NCBI GenBank assembly: GCA_002269645.1
Contig: NIVC01000130.1
Coordinates: 620,001 to 684,000, forward strand
Direction: 5' to 3'
From: Macrostomum lignano
Taxonomy: Eukaryota
Length of the DNA: 64,000 nt
In this document: piece after piece, positions 52,107-64,000 of the stretch
How positions within the stretch are numbered: position 1 is the first letter of the stretch
Layout of the letters: every line of letters starts with the position of its first letter
Program-made: the position numbers and the translations under genes
The notes under the pieces: model-generated
Seen by the model: the letters and a program-made list of their open reading frames with translations, nothing else
Told to the model about the DNA's origin: nothing
The model's database searches: none

Positions 52107-55100
52107 ATGGCAGCTAATCGAAAGTTGTTAGGTGAGTCAATTTTTCTAAAGTGTTATGTGTAAGTTATTGCTGTAGTCAACCTTTTAATATATTTTAGTC
52201 AGTATTCACAACATGTGCCAAAAATTGCACCGAGCTATTTTCTAGACATGTACCAGTCACTATCTGTGTCGACACCAGAATGATATTGCTATTATTGGGA
52301 AGTAAGTTTCCTATTCAATATTGCTATCGTATCAGTGTTGGGCACCAGTCCATTAATAAGCATTAATAAGTGTTAAAAATCTACTCATGAAAACTGAATG
52401 ACCTTTTTTTGGAGGATTTTTTTTTGTGTACATTTTAGGGAAAATTTTTTTTGGTGTACACTGGCATACATTTAGCCGAGATAGGATTCTTGTTCTGGCA
52501 TATACTACTACTACACAATCCAAACTATGGCAACTAGATTTATTTGAATTTACCTAAATTTCCAATAAATCTCTTTATGATGATCATGCAAAGTAACAAT
52601 TTCTTACTAATGAACTTTATTGCTTGTTGTGCATGAGCATAGATCACTTAATTCACTTCTTTCCAAATCTTTATTTGTAACTTTCTGCTGCGCCTGCTAA
52701 TGCTACTGAAACAACCTTTGTATTCATATTTTATTTTTAACTAATTAGCTTTTAAGTTTCAAATAAGTAAGTTATTTCTTTTACTATATATTTACTTTTA
52801 GTAGTATTATATATACAAGTTTTTTAAATATATTCTTTAATACTTTTTAGCTTGTAAATCAGTTAGATGACCTCTATACACAAGGTAGAAAAGCAAAGAC
52901 CATGTATAGTGGAAGTCTGTTTTGAAAAAAGTGCCAGATTTTTATAATTTAAGATTTACAGATTAACACTTATTAATGACTATCCCTATAGGAAAAAGTT
53001 GTAAAATTGCGGACGGTGTCCGGTGCACTTTTAAAATTTTTCTAAAGTGCAGCGTGCACACAGGCGCATCCCCTGCGCGCGCGCTGCACTTTCTTACTGG
53101 CTGCTGTTCTAGCAAATACATATACATGGAAATGGGTATAATACCTCTATTGAAGGGACTTATACACTCATAATTTATTAAGCTTAGAGATGTTCCAAAA
53201 ATTCAATTTCAATTTTCCAAAATTTGAAATATTTTAGAGCAAATTTCAATTTTAAAAAAATTTATAAGTGAAAATTTTGGTAGTGTCTAAAAAGTCGCTA
53301 AAAATAAAACTACTTTTTTCTATATATACATGTATTACTTTTTGCTTAAGCAGTAAATTGAAAGTAAAAAAGTGAGTGTTGATCATACTAAACTTTGTTT
53401 TTCTGAATTATGATTTCGGCAAATTTCAATTTTAATTTTGGAAAGTTAGCGAATTTTGATTTCGACAAAACTGCAGATCTTTCGGAACATCTCTAATAAT
53501 CCTAAAGCGCAGTAAAATAGTTTGAATCTTTTCTAAAGCGCGTGTTTGCGGGTTTTTTACATTTATTCCAATAGGGATGACTATCAGTTAATGTTTAGTT
53601 AACTTAATAAAATTAAGAGTTAATAAGTTAAGATTTTTTTGTTTTAATGCTAATGCTTTTGCCATTAATAGAAGTTAAGATTTATTAATTCATTAATTCA
53701 TTAACTCATTAATAAGATTCATTAATGGTGCCTAACATTGGATTGTATTGCATTTTAAAAAGTTTTTCCAAGTCTGGCTATCATTTAAAATTATTCATTA
53801 AATTCACTGTATGCACATTTCTTAGCTATTGACATGAAACTTTCTAAAAATGAATGTTTTCATGATGTCAACACTTTAGAAGTATTTAGAAGTGTCCATA
53901 TTTGTTAGTTCAAGGGCTAGGTAAACCTCTTAAGATGGCACAATCTATGTTGGGGCAAAAGGTCATCTGCTAGCCATTTTGAAAAAGTGGAAAGCACTTT
54001 ATTTGTAGCATTTTTAGCTTAGCAGCACCCTTCTCCTTAAAGCCCCAGAGTTTTTTTTTAATACCAAACAATTGCAAGATTTCATGCCCTTTTGATTTGT
54101 ATTTTAAATTTAAGTATATTTGGAATAAAATGATGGTGTAGAAATAAATAAATATAAGATAGAGGATTCTGAGCACTTAAAATTTGATGCATAGATACAT
54201 TAATAATTGAAATTAGTGCAATATGAACTACAAGCATATAAATCCATGCATAGGATGATATGAAAATGAATAATACATATTAGTCAATTGTTGCTAGTAA
54301 ATAAATTGTATTTGAAAACCTTGGGGCCTGTACATTAAACTAGCATAGGTAAGCAACAAATGCAAATAGGAAATCAGCCAGTATAGTCAATTAGGCCAGA
54401 GATCTAATGGAATTGCAGCTATATAGTTTGTTACAAATGTTTGCAGCCAAAACATTGTTAAAGTTTGCATATTTTATTTTATTGTTGCTACATATTTGTG
54501 CATATAGAATATCATTGTATATCTTAAAATTATTGTATTATTCTTCAATATATCACTTCTCTAGATTTATATCAGTCTAAAGGCTTATTGTTATTAGTTT
54601 TATATATGTTTATAGCAAAATCTCGTGTCTTGCTTTGTAGCTCATATGGTTGGCATAGTTTGATCCTTGCTTATAGTTTTAATAGCTAATTGGCCAATTG
54701 TCTGATAGATTAGTCAATCCCCCCAAGACCAGTCAGCTATTCATATGCTTTTGATTTTATAAATGAGTCTCTGAATATTATGGGAGTCTTCAAATTAAAA
54801 CATCTATATAAGCTAGCAGAAAAAGCAAAGCTTAACACACCTCCAATTCAAGTGCATCTTGGCATTCTTGATTGGCAAGACTTGCTGCCGTTAGTCTTAG
54901 TTACAGTCTATTCAAAAGCAGTGGTTGATAGAAAATTGACAACTGGGGGCACTATACTTGGTTGACTTGGCAAAATATAGTTGGGTTTTTTGGTAGTTTT
55001 AGGAGTTGCTCTGGTCAGTGCATGCTAGCTTTCTAGTTCAGATTTTTCAAACATGAGCTAAGATATGCATAGAGTATAGAGGTGATTTACCCTACATAAT

Positions 55101-58100
55101 ATATACATATATACTTTGAAAGAATGTCAAATTCATTAGAGATAAGCTTAGCATTATGCCAAAATAAGTATATTATTTCATATATTATTGATAGCAATAG
55201 TTTCTACTATTTATATTATTGTAAACTAACTGACAACTATATGTCTGATTAGTAGTAGTGCAGATACTACACAATAATGATATTAAAAAAATGGAGCAAA
55301 GTTTATAATGCAACATAGAGCCCAAAAATAGTAGCTGATCAATCTTACCAAAGGTGGCAAAAACTGTCTCTTGTCACTTCTGATTCTTCTTGAAATCTTC
55401 TTTAAAAGCTTTGCTGCAATTTTGCATTTCTTAGTAGAAATCATGTTTTTGGCAATTTTTCGGCATACTTTAGATCAGACTTAGAATCTGCAACTTGAAC
55501 TTATGACAGGGTATTGCTTCGTAGAGTCTAAAACAATCCCATAAATTAGCCACCAGTTGTTACAGGTGTCTTGCTTTTCTGATTATAAATTCCACTGATG
55601 CCACCAGCTGTGACAAGTTGCCTTCCTTTGTCTATTTCAATATCCTATAAGCTGCCACCAAAGTTGTAACAGGCCTTTTGGCTCTCCAAAAGCTTTGGAT
55701 TAATCCTAGCTGCTTTCTGTAAACATCATATTAGTCCTAACTTCTATTTCCAAATTTTGATATCATTCTTAGTAGCATTCTGGTAGCATTCTTGGTAGCA
55801 TTCTTAGCATCATTCTGGTAGCATTCTTAGTAGCATTCTGGTAATGTTCTTATACTGTATGGCCTGAGTAGTCTTACTAGTACATACTTTCTCTCCAATC
55901 TGGGCATTACCAAGATTAAAGGGGTCACAGCACTTATTCTTAGTACTCCTTTGTATGAGTTCCCAACTTCTCTTAACCTTCTAGCAAGTTTCTTTGACAC
56001 ACTCTTAGAATCTCTTACTGGTAAAATGATTAATGCTTTGAAGATCTGAGAACAATTTAGCAAACACTTATTGTTAAACTAGCTATAAACAATTTAATTG
56101 CATGAGCAAATTGGTTCTCTCTCCCTAAGCTTTGCTCCTATTTATACCAACTGAAATGAGTATATTTTAAAACCTAATTAATTGTTAATTTTAACACCTA
56201 TATAAATTTTTACACCTAAGTTTGAATTTAAGTTTTCTGAGAAACCCTATTACAAACTACAATACCAGTATATTCATCCTTATAAAAAATACTTTGAGCT
56301 GTATCAGAACTAGAGAGTCCACATGATCAACTTGTCATTTCAATGAGAGTCCATTTAAGGGAGCTAAAAATTATGAGGGTGCAATTTTCTAAAAAGTAAA
56401 GCAATATGTACTTGGACAATGAGGATGATATTTTAAATAATTTTCTAAGATGCATAACATACTAGCTGGCCTAATGCAGTTTGTGTTAAAACTATGACTA
56501 AGAAAAAGAAGTTTCCAGAGGATAAAAATTTTGATGCCATTATGCCAAATAGCATAACAATGTTAACAAAAAACCTAGGTAATAGCAATTATTTTTATTC
56601 TTATCAGATTCAGTAAAACTGCACATTCCTTTTTTCTAACCTTCCCATTTCCAATACTAATAAAAAACTCACTTTCCTGGCCTGGGGTTTGTTCTTTGTT
56701 CCAGCCAGCAACCTGCCTAGTTCTTTTATTACACTCTATATAGAGCCAATAGGTTCCTTCAGAAATTTTTCCAGACCTTCTTTATATACCACCAATAAGA
56801 TCCCAAACTAAATAAATACAAAGCAGATAGTCATACTTGTCTAAGCCATCTGCTTTGTAAATAGATTGAACAGACATGGATCCCTGCATACTAGCACCAT
56901 TTAAGTGTACAAGGATTTACAACAGCCCATAGAACAGTTAGTATTCTAGATTTCTCTGAATAGGCTTACTATTGATGGGGAGAGGAGCGCCATGAATCAT
57001 ATATAACATAGTATACATATAATTAATTTCTTATGTCAAGGGAAAATTCCTTCTTTACCTTAAAGTTCTAGAAAAAACCTAGTCACAGGCTTAAAATGGC
57101 CTAGTCAAAGCTCCACTTCCTGTCCAGCTTTCTAGCTTGAGGCATCCCTGCATAGTGCTTCCCTTCATATTGGTAATACATGTCTTTGCTTTTAGTTTAG
57201 AGATCCATAATTGATTGACTGTACACATAGACAAAGAACTATATACAGGTTTTTTTATCATATAGCTTATATTACAGACCATTTAGGAACAGACTAACAA
57301 AAAGAAAATAGGTCTTTTAATTATAATTAAAAGGTCTTAACAATAATAAGAGTCCCTTTCCCCTACCCCTCTATGATTGCAATCTATTTCTATGTTTGGT
57401 GTGCATCCTACATACATTGCATTTACATTTATCATATTGATAAGCAACTAGATGCACACTTACCATAATCACAGACTATATAGGAATGGACTGATAAAGA
57501 GAAAAAAGTGTCTTTCCCCTACAAGAAAATGGTCCCTAGGCCCATCCTTCACAATTGATATTTGGGGGTTTCTTTCTAAGTGCATTCATTTCTATTCTAT
57601 GCAACTTGTTTTTTAAGTATGTATAATACCTTAAACACTAGTTGACATAGAGATACAATAAAATTCTTTTGATGGAAAACACCAATTGACTAGTTCTATT
57701 TAGGATGCAGGTGTACCAACTCAGGTCTCAATCAGGTTGATGAGCTTGGCAAATTCAGATCAAACTTGTTAATTACTTTCCCATTCAAATATAATAGAAA
57801 TTAGGGGAATCATTGTCTTTAAATATCTCAAACACTAATTGACATATAGGCACAATTTTTCAATGGAAAACACTGATCAACTAGCATGCTGAATGTAATT
57901 ATGAATATATGAAAAGAATTATCAGTTTGCCAAATATGTAGGCAAATAAAAAGTAGAATTATTTTTCAACATGCAATGTTAAAAAGATGAATAATCAAGC
58001 AGAGTTGGAAAATGCCCATTTCTACTGAATGAGTAGTACATGCAATAAGATTTTTAGCATCAAAATATTATTGTTAATTTGACCATGAAAGTTTTCCGTC

Positions 58101-61100
58101 CATGAGAATTCTGTCTTTGATGTGGATTTTATACATTTGATATAGAATTTTTTAGCAGGTGTAGATACATATAGCTAGTACCCCTTTCCCAAATAGCAAG
58201 TACCCCCCCTAGAGAGCAAGCATCACCTGATACTAAGCACCATCCCCCAAATGCAATTGTAAGCACTCCCAGATACAATAGCAAGCATCCTCTAGATACA
58301 ATAGCAAGCATCCTCTAGATACAATAGCAAGCATCTACCAAATAACAAGTTGCTAGTGCAAATATTTCCTCTGCTAATGCAATAATTACTTTCTCAGGTA
58401 GTGCAATAATCCTTTACTCATCAAGTGCAATAATCCTTTACTCATCAAGTGCAATAATCCTTTGCTCATCAAGTGCAAAAATTCTGTCAGTCTCAGCTAG
58501 TGCAAAAGTCCAATGTGCAATGTGAATCACAAATGTGCCAGGGAGAGCATGGCAATGAATCAATAGTAGCAGCATTTACAGCTATGTAGTTAATAACAAA
58601 TTGTCTTATTGCACTATGCTTAGTTATACCAAGTACCTACTGACAAGGTTTTTGTGCACTTTGGTAGTACTTTTGGTAAAAGTACTCTATTTTTCTGCCA
58701 AGACCACCAAGTTCCATTAGATTATCAATGAGGTACTAGGCAAATATATCTCTGAGAAACTTTTGCTAATCAATAATTACATCATTGCCAATATTGCAAT
58801 GTCATTAGCATTTACCTTATGTTACTTCCATAGCTTACCACCAAATAAGATCTAGCAAAAGGTGCATCACAAAGTGGCTAGCTTTAAAAATAAGCATTTT
58901 GTAACTAATTTCTAGGCATAATAGTTGGGATATTTGGCAGCATGCCCATGAAAATCTATCAAATAATTTTTTACCCATTTGCAATTTAAAGTACATATCT
59001 AATGTCATATTGCCAATATCACAAATTAAATATTGCCAATATCAAATTAAAAGCTTAGCTAAATTGACTTAGAAGCCTTAGGTATAGTCTATTTAGTCTT
59101 ATCCCTGCTAATCCCCTTAGAGCCCCATAGTATTGACCATAGTTATAATTCAAGTTCTGCCACATTTTAGTACAATTTTGAACATCTCATGTTTTCTAAA
59201 TGGTCTAGAAAGGTCTTGGTGCCCTACTTTTATCATTTTCCATTGTTTAATGTTAAATCTATTTCATTTGAAACAAAAATATTCTTTAAATAAAGTAAAT
59301 TTAGGGTATAATCTTTTATCCTAAAAAACAAATTATTTTGAAACAAATTTGTACTTTAAAATACATGTCCTAGAGATGCCTTTATGCCTGCTTGATGTAT
59401 CTTCAAGAATATATTTGGAAATATCATTTTGGGACCAATATGTTTAGAAACTTAGTCTATTAGATCTGGCATTACTACCCTTGCTAAATGAATAGCTATT
59501 AAATATCAATAATTTTAAACAAATTTATTGTAAAAAGCTAGTTTTTTAAGGAAAAGTTAATATCCTGGACCTAGAAATAACTTTTCTTAAAAATCTTTTT
59601 AGTTAACAAATTTATTTTTAGAATTTATAGAAGATATGGAAGGATTGCCATTTGATGAATATCAAATGAGCATTGAACTTGAACATTGAAAATAATTATA
59701 TAATTTCCCATGCAAGATGCTAGCTGCTTAGCTTGCAGTTGTAATCAGAGAAAAATTGCTCACTAGATAAGAGTGGATACTTCTCAATGTCTATGAGTAT
59801 ATGAAAAATTGCATTTTTAAAAGATGGAATATATTTTATGTTTAAGATAGTGTTATATATTATATGGCTCTTTAATATTATACTGGCAAATTTTTTAAAT
59901 TTACAAAAAATGCAATTTAATATTTTAAAATCCAAAAAACAAAGTAAAAATAGTCTTTAAATTGTTGTCACATTTTGTAGAAAGTAATCAATTATACTAC
60001 TTACCACTAGTTTACTGTAACTTACATTAGCCAAGATGTGGCTAGGCTCATTCCATATAAGCATGGTCGTAACATGACAGGCTATTTTTACTTATAAAAT
60101 GAAATATAATAATAGAATATACTAAACCAATATTTTAAATGAAAGATAATTTTGTCAAAAATATTTTTATAGAGTTTCATGTAGATATCATCATTAGTAT
60201 AGATGCTATTAAACCTTGAATGGCACTTATGGTCGTAACAACAGGATTTTTGACATATAGAAACTGAAAGGTAAAAGTCTTATAACATTTTTATTTTTGA
60301 TATTTTGCAATACATTTTTTAAAATTTGACTAAGAACATCTTTAGTAATCATACTCTTTTTGTAGAATATATAAACTCAAAAAGGCAACAAAGATACAAA
60401 AGAAAAGGCAGCCTTATGGTCGTAACATTATGGTCGTAACATATTTTTTTCTGTCAATTCAGTAACTTTGAGGTACCAATATATTAAAAATATAATAGAT
60501 TATTTGGTCACCAATGCTTTTATCTGATGATGCAAGTACTATACTTTAATCTATAGTTTGTTTCAACCTTCCAAAGCTTTCTATTTGTTTTTAAAAGGTA
60601 CAAAATCTTAATGATGTCTTTTGCTTAGAAAAATGTCTAAATTTTTACAAAAATGACTTCTTGCCACTTGATAGCATACTAATCTAACATTTTATCATTC
60701 ATTTATTCTTAGATTGTAGATATTACACATAAAAAACATTTGGTAAAAAAATAGGCTGATAAGGCAATGGCAAGCAAAAATATTGACTTTTTTCTATTTT
60801 CCAAAAATGTCCATCTTATATGGAATGAGCCGCTAGGTCATTTTGTAATTGTGCATATAAATAGTGCTAATTAAATCACAAACCATTTATATCTTAAAGA
60901 CCTTATGAAAATGAAAAAATAGCACCTACCAATATTTTACCAAACAAGAAAAAATATTTCAAAAAAGCTTTGCTTATTTATTAATACACTTTAAGTTTTA
61001 AATGGCTACAGTAAGTCCTAAATGTTTGTTTTACTAAAGAAAAAATGTATTATAGATAGCATTTTAAAATATAATTTTGAAGTTAAGGATTAGTATATTA

Positions 61101-64000
61101 CTAAAGATAGTAATATATAGAAGATATGGAAGGATTGCCATTTGATGAATATCAAATGAGCATTGAACTTGAACATTGAAAATATATAGTAAATAAAGTG
61201 GCTACAACGTTTAAAAATTGTAAAGCTGTATAATTACATGTACACTATTTTTGTAGGAATATTTTTGTTAATGTAATTGTTTTAACAAAATAGCAATGTA
61301 ATATGTGTATCTAGATATGTTGCAAGGTATGCTAAAAATTAAACACAGAACACAAAGAATTTAGTATGAATATGTATTGTTCAATCATTAATATTTTATT
61401 CCGTTACAAGTTTAAAGTTTAATTCAGTTAAATTAAGCATTTTCTTGGCCTTTGCACAAATTACTTAAACAATATTCATTATTTCAAAACACTTAGCTGA
61501 CGTGGAAAAAAACTCTAAAGAAGATTGGAGAAGGCCAGAAGGCATTTCAAGATATTTTCGACAAGTTTAATGAGTCCGTCAACCAAGCTCAGAAGGAAAA
61601 GTTTGAGAATGAGCTCAAACGCGAGATTAAAAAGTTGCAACGATACCGCGAACAGATTAAGACCTGGCAGGCGTCAAATGAGATTAAGGACAAGCGAAAT
61701 CTTGCCGAAGCAAGAAAGAACATCGAGAGCGTAAGTTATAGATTCAATGTACTTTTTAGTTCGCTGTAAATTGTTAGCAGAGATAATCTACAATTAATTC
61801 TCCTCAGGATATGGAACGGTTTAAGATAATCGAAAAGGAGACAAAGACCAAAGCCTACTCAAAAGAGGGGCTGGGCGCGGAGCAGAAGAAGGATCCGCTG
61901 CAAAAAGAAAAAGAGGACATCATGGACTGGGTTCGAGTGAGTGTTCAAAGTTGCTTTTCAATAAGGTTCCTTTGTCTATGTGCAAGTTTTTAAATTAATG
62001 TGTATATTCTTTGCAACAGGAGAACATCAGTACCCTTGAAAAGCAAATTGAAAAGCTGGAATACGACATCGAGCTGTTGATTGCGAATAGCAAAAAGAAG
62101 AAGTTAGATCGCGATGTAAGTTCATAATAGAATTTAGCATCAAATTTTCCTATATTTCTGTACTTTTCCTTCAGTTTTATTGCTTAAAAATCTCTTTTAG
62201 AAGCAAGACGAAATGGACTCAAAGAAAGACATTATTGGCAAGCATCGGTTCCACATTCAGCGCCTCGAAGCCATCATGCGAATGCTGGACAATGACAACT
62301 TGGAGCTTGAGAAGGTACAAAACGTTATAAGAGTTCGATTTTTGACCAAGATTCCCGACTTCGGGCCTTGGGGACAGGGAAGCTCGGCGATCGGGGGTTT
62401 GTCTTGCGATGTCACACTTATGAGGACCAATCCACAATGCGCAGGGAGTGTACATGTCTGACGATTAGAAAGTCAGGTCCACTGTGCACCCTGTGTGAGC
62501 GTGTGCATGAGTGCGTGCCTGTGTACAGTATTGGTGCGCTTGTGTGTGCTCAGCAGTCAGCAGAATGAGCAGAATTGTCTTAGGCGCTGCTTGTGGGCCG
62601 ATGGCAAGTCATCACCTTGTTTTATTAACTTTCCCAGGTGAAAGACATTAAAGACGACGTTGAGTATTACGTCAATCAAAATGAGGAAGCCGATTTCTGG
62701 GAGAACTACAACGAAAATATCTACGACGAACTGGAGTTGGAAGATATTGGCGGTAGGTTGTTAATTTTGTCCTGACTTGCTGACACAAATTTTCAGTAAA
62801 TTTTCTGAAAATCATCATGTATTGTCTGTCATTCTCACGACCTTCGTAACACAGCGCTGCCGCTTTTATGACTCAATATCACGAATTTCTTAACACAATC
62901 TCGCGACTTTCGCTGACACAATCTCACGACTTTCACTGACACAATCTCACGACTCACTGACACAATCTCACGGCTTTCACTGACACAATCTCACGAATTT
63001 CTTAACACAATCTCACGACTTTCGCTGACACAATCTCACGGCTTTCACTGACACAATCTCACGGCTTTCACTGACACAATCTCACGACTTTCACTGACAC
63101 AATCTCACGACTTTCACTGACACAATCTCACGACTTTCACTGACACAATCTCACGACTTTCACTGACACAATCTCACGACTCACTGACACAATCTCACGA
63201 CTTTCACTGACACAATCTCACGACTTTCACTGACACAATCTCACGACTCACTGACACAATCTCACGACTTTCGCTGACACAATCTCACGACTTTCACTGA
63301 CACAATCTCACGACTTACTGACACAATCTCACGACTTACTGACACAATCTCACGACTTTCACTGACACAATCTCACGACTTACTGACACAATCTCACGGC
63401 TTTCACTGACACAATCTCACGACTTACTGACACAATCTCACGACTTACTGACACAATCTCACGGCTTTCACTGACACAATCTCACGACTTACTGACACAA
63501 TCTTACGACTTTCACTAACACAATCTCACGGCTTTCACTGACACAATCTCACGGCATTCACTGACAATCTCACGACTTTCACTGACACAATCTCACGACT
63601 TACTGACACAATCTCACGACTTTCACTGACACAATCTCACGACTTACTGACACAATCTCACGACTTACTGACACAATCTCACGACTTACTGACACAATCT
63701 CACGACTTTCACTGACACAATCTCACGACTTTCACTGACACAATCTCACGGCTTTCACTGACAATCTCACGACTTTCACTGACACAATCTCACGACTTAC
63801 TGACACAATCTCACGACTTACTGACACAATCTCACGACTTTCACTGACACAATCTCACGACTTACTGACACAATCTCACGACTTACTGACACAATCTCAC
63901 GACTTTCACTGACACAATCTCACAGCCTTCCTGACGCTGGTATCCAACAACACCCTCCTACATCCGCAGCAATCCTCGCAACTTCGCCGCACGACTCCGT
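52107..64000 (+). CDS. CNOT3: CCR4-NOT complex subunit 3, 5' part, running off the window; apparent +1 frameshift in the A7 run at 61506-61512
   Basis: Exons 52107-52131 (MAANRKLL), 61497-61730, 61808-61936, 62020-62115, 62201-62314, 62638-62752 (or 62756) and 63926->. Not3 signatures [47 protein letters not shown] and [11 protein letters not shown]. Confidence 0.95.
53185..53495. mobile_element. ~311-bp hAT-like MITE in CNOT3 intron 1
   Basis: TIR TAGAGATGTTCC ... GGAACATCTCTA; 8-bp flanks ATTAAGCT / ATAATCCT match only 5/8. Confidence 0.55.
60045..60831. mobile_element. 787-bp non-autonomous DNA transposon, copy B (inverted relative to copy A)
   Basis: Perfect 17-bp TIR GGCTCATTCCATATAAG, 4-bp TSD GCTA. 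Confidence 0.92.
62880..63922. repeat. 21/23-bp minisatellite (CTGACACAATCTCACGACTT(TC)A), CNOT3 intron
   Basis: Tandem array ending at the next splice acceptor. Confidence 0.96.

Noticed and set aside
55300-56100. Possible decayed ORF with three TGT.ACAACTGGTGGC-like motifs
   Set aside because: No identifiable protein motif; probably TE remnant subrepeats within the CpG desert.

Overview
Animal genomic DNA with GT-AG introns. The minisatellite-filled introns, CpG-rich exons and polyQ tracts suggest a Macrostomum-like flatworm; this is inference, not a database result. Six co-oriented + strand genes can be spliced together by hand: a DEG/ENaC channel with an in-frame TAG (5790-8424), an atypical small GTPase (10138-13424), an ankyrin-repeat + caspase gene (~14189/14517-22270), a second atypical Rab-like GTPase (23443-25216), afadin (29924-47523, 15 exons) and the 5' part of CNOT3 (52107 to window end). 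Most long introns carry their own tandem repeat, and the long ORFs in the supplied track are artefacts of these repeats. Transposon remnants include a decayed mariner, two 787-bp TIR elements, MITEs, a tRNA/CORE-type SINE and a LINE 3' fragment. Best leads: (1) the ankyrin-caspase fusion with an intact catalytic dyad, and (2) TE-rich blocks almost devoid of CpG that also show repeated CpA/TpG->TpA changes, resembling RIP-like hypermutation.
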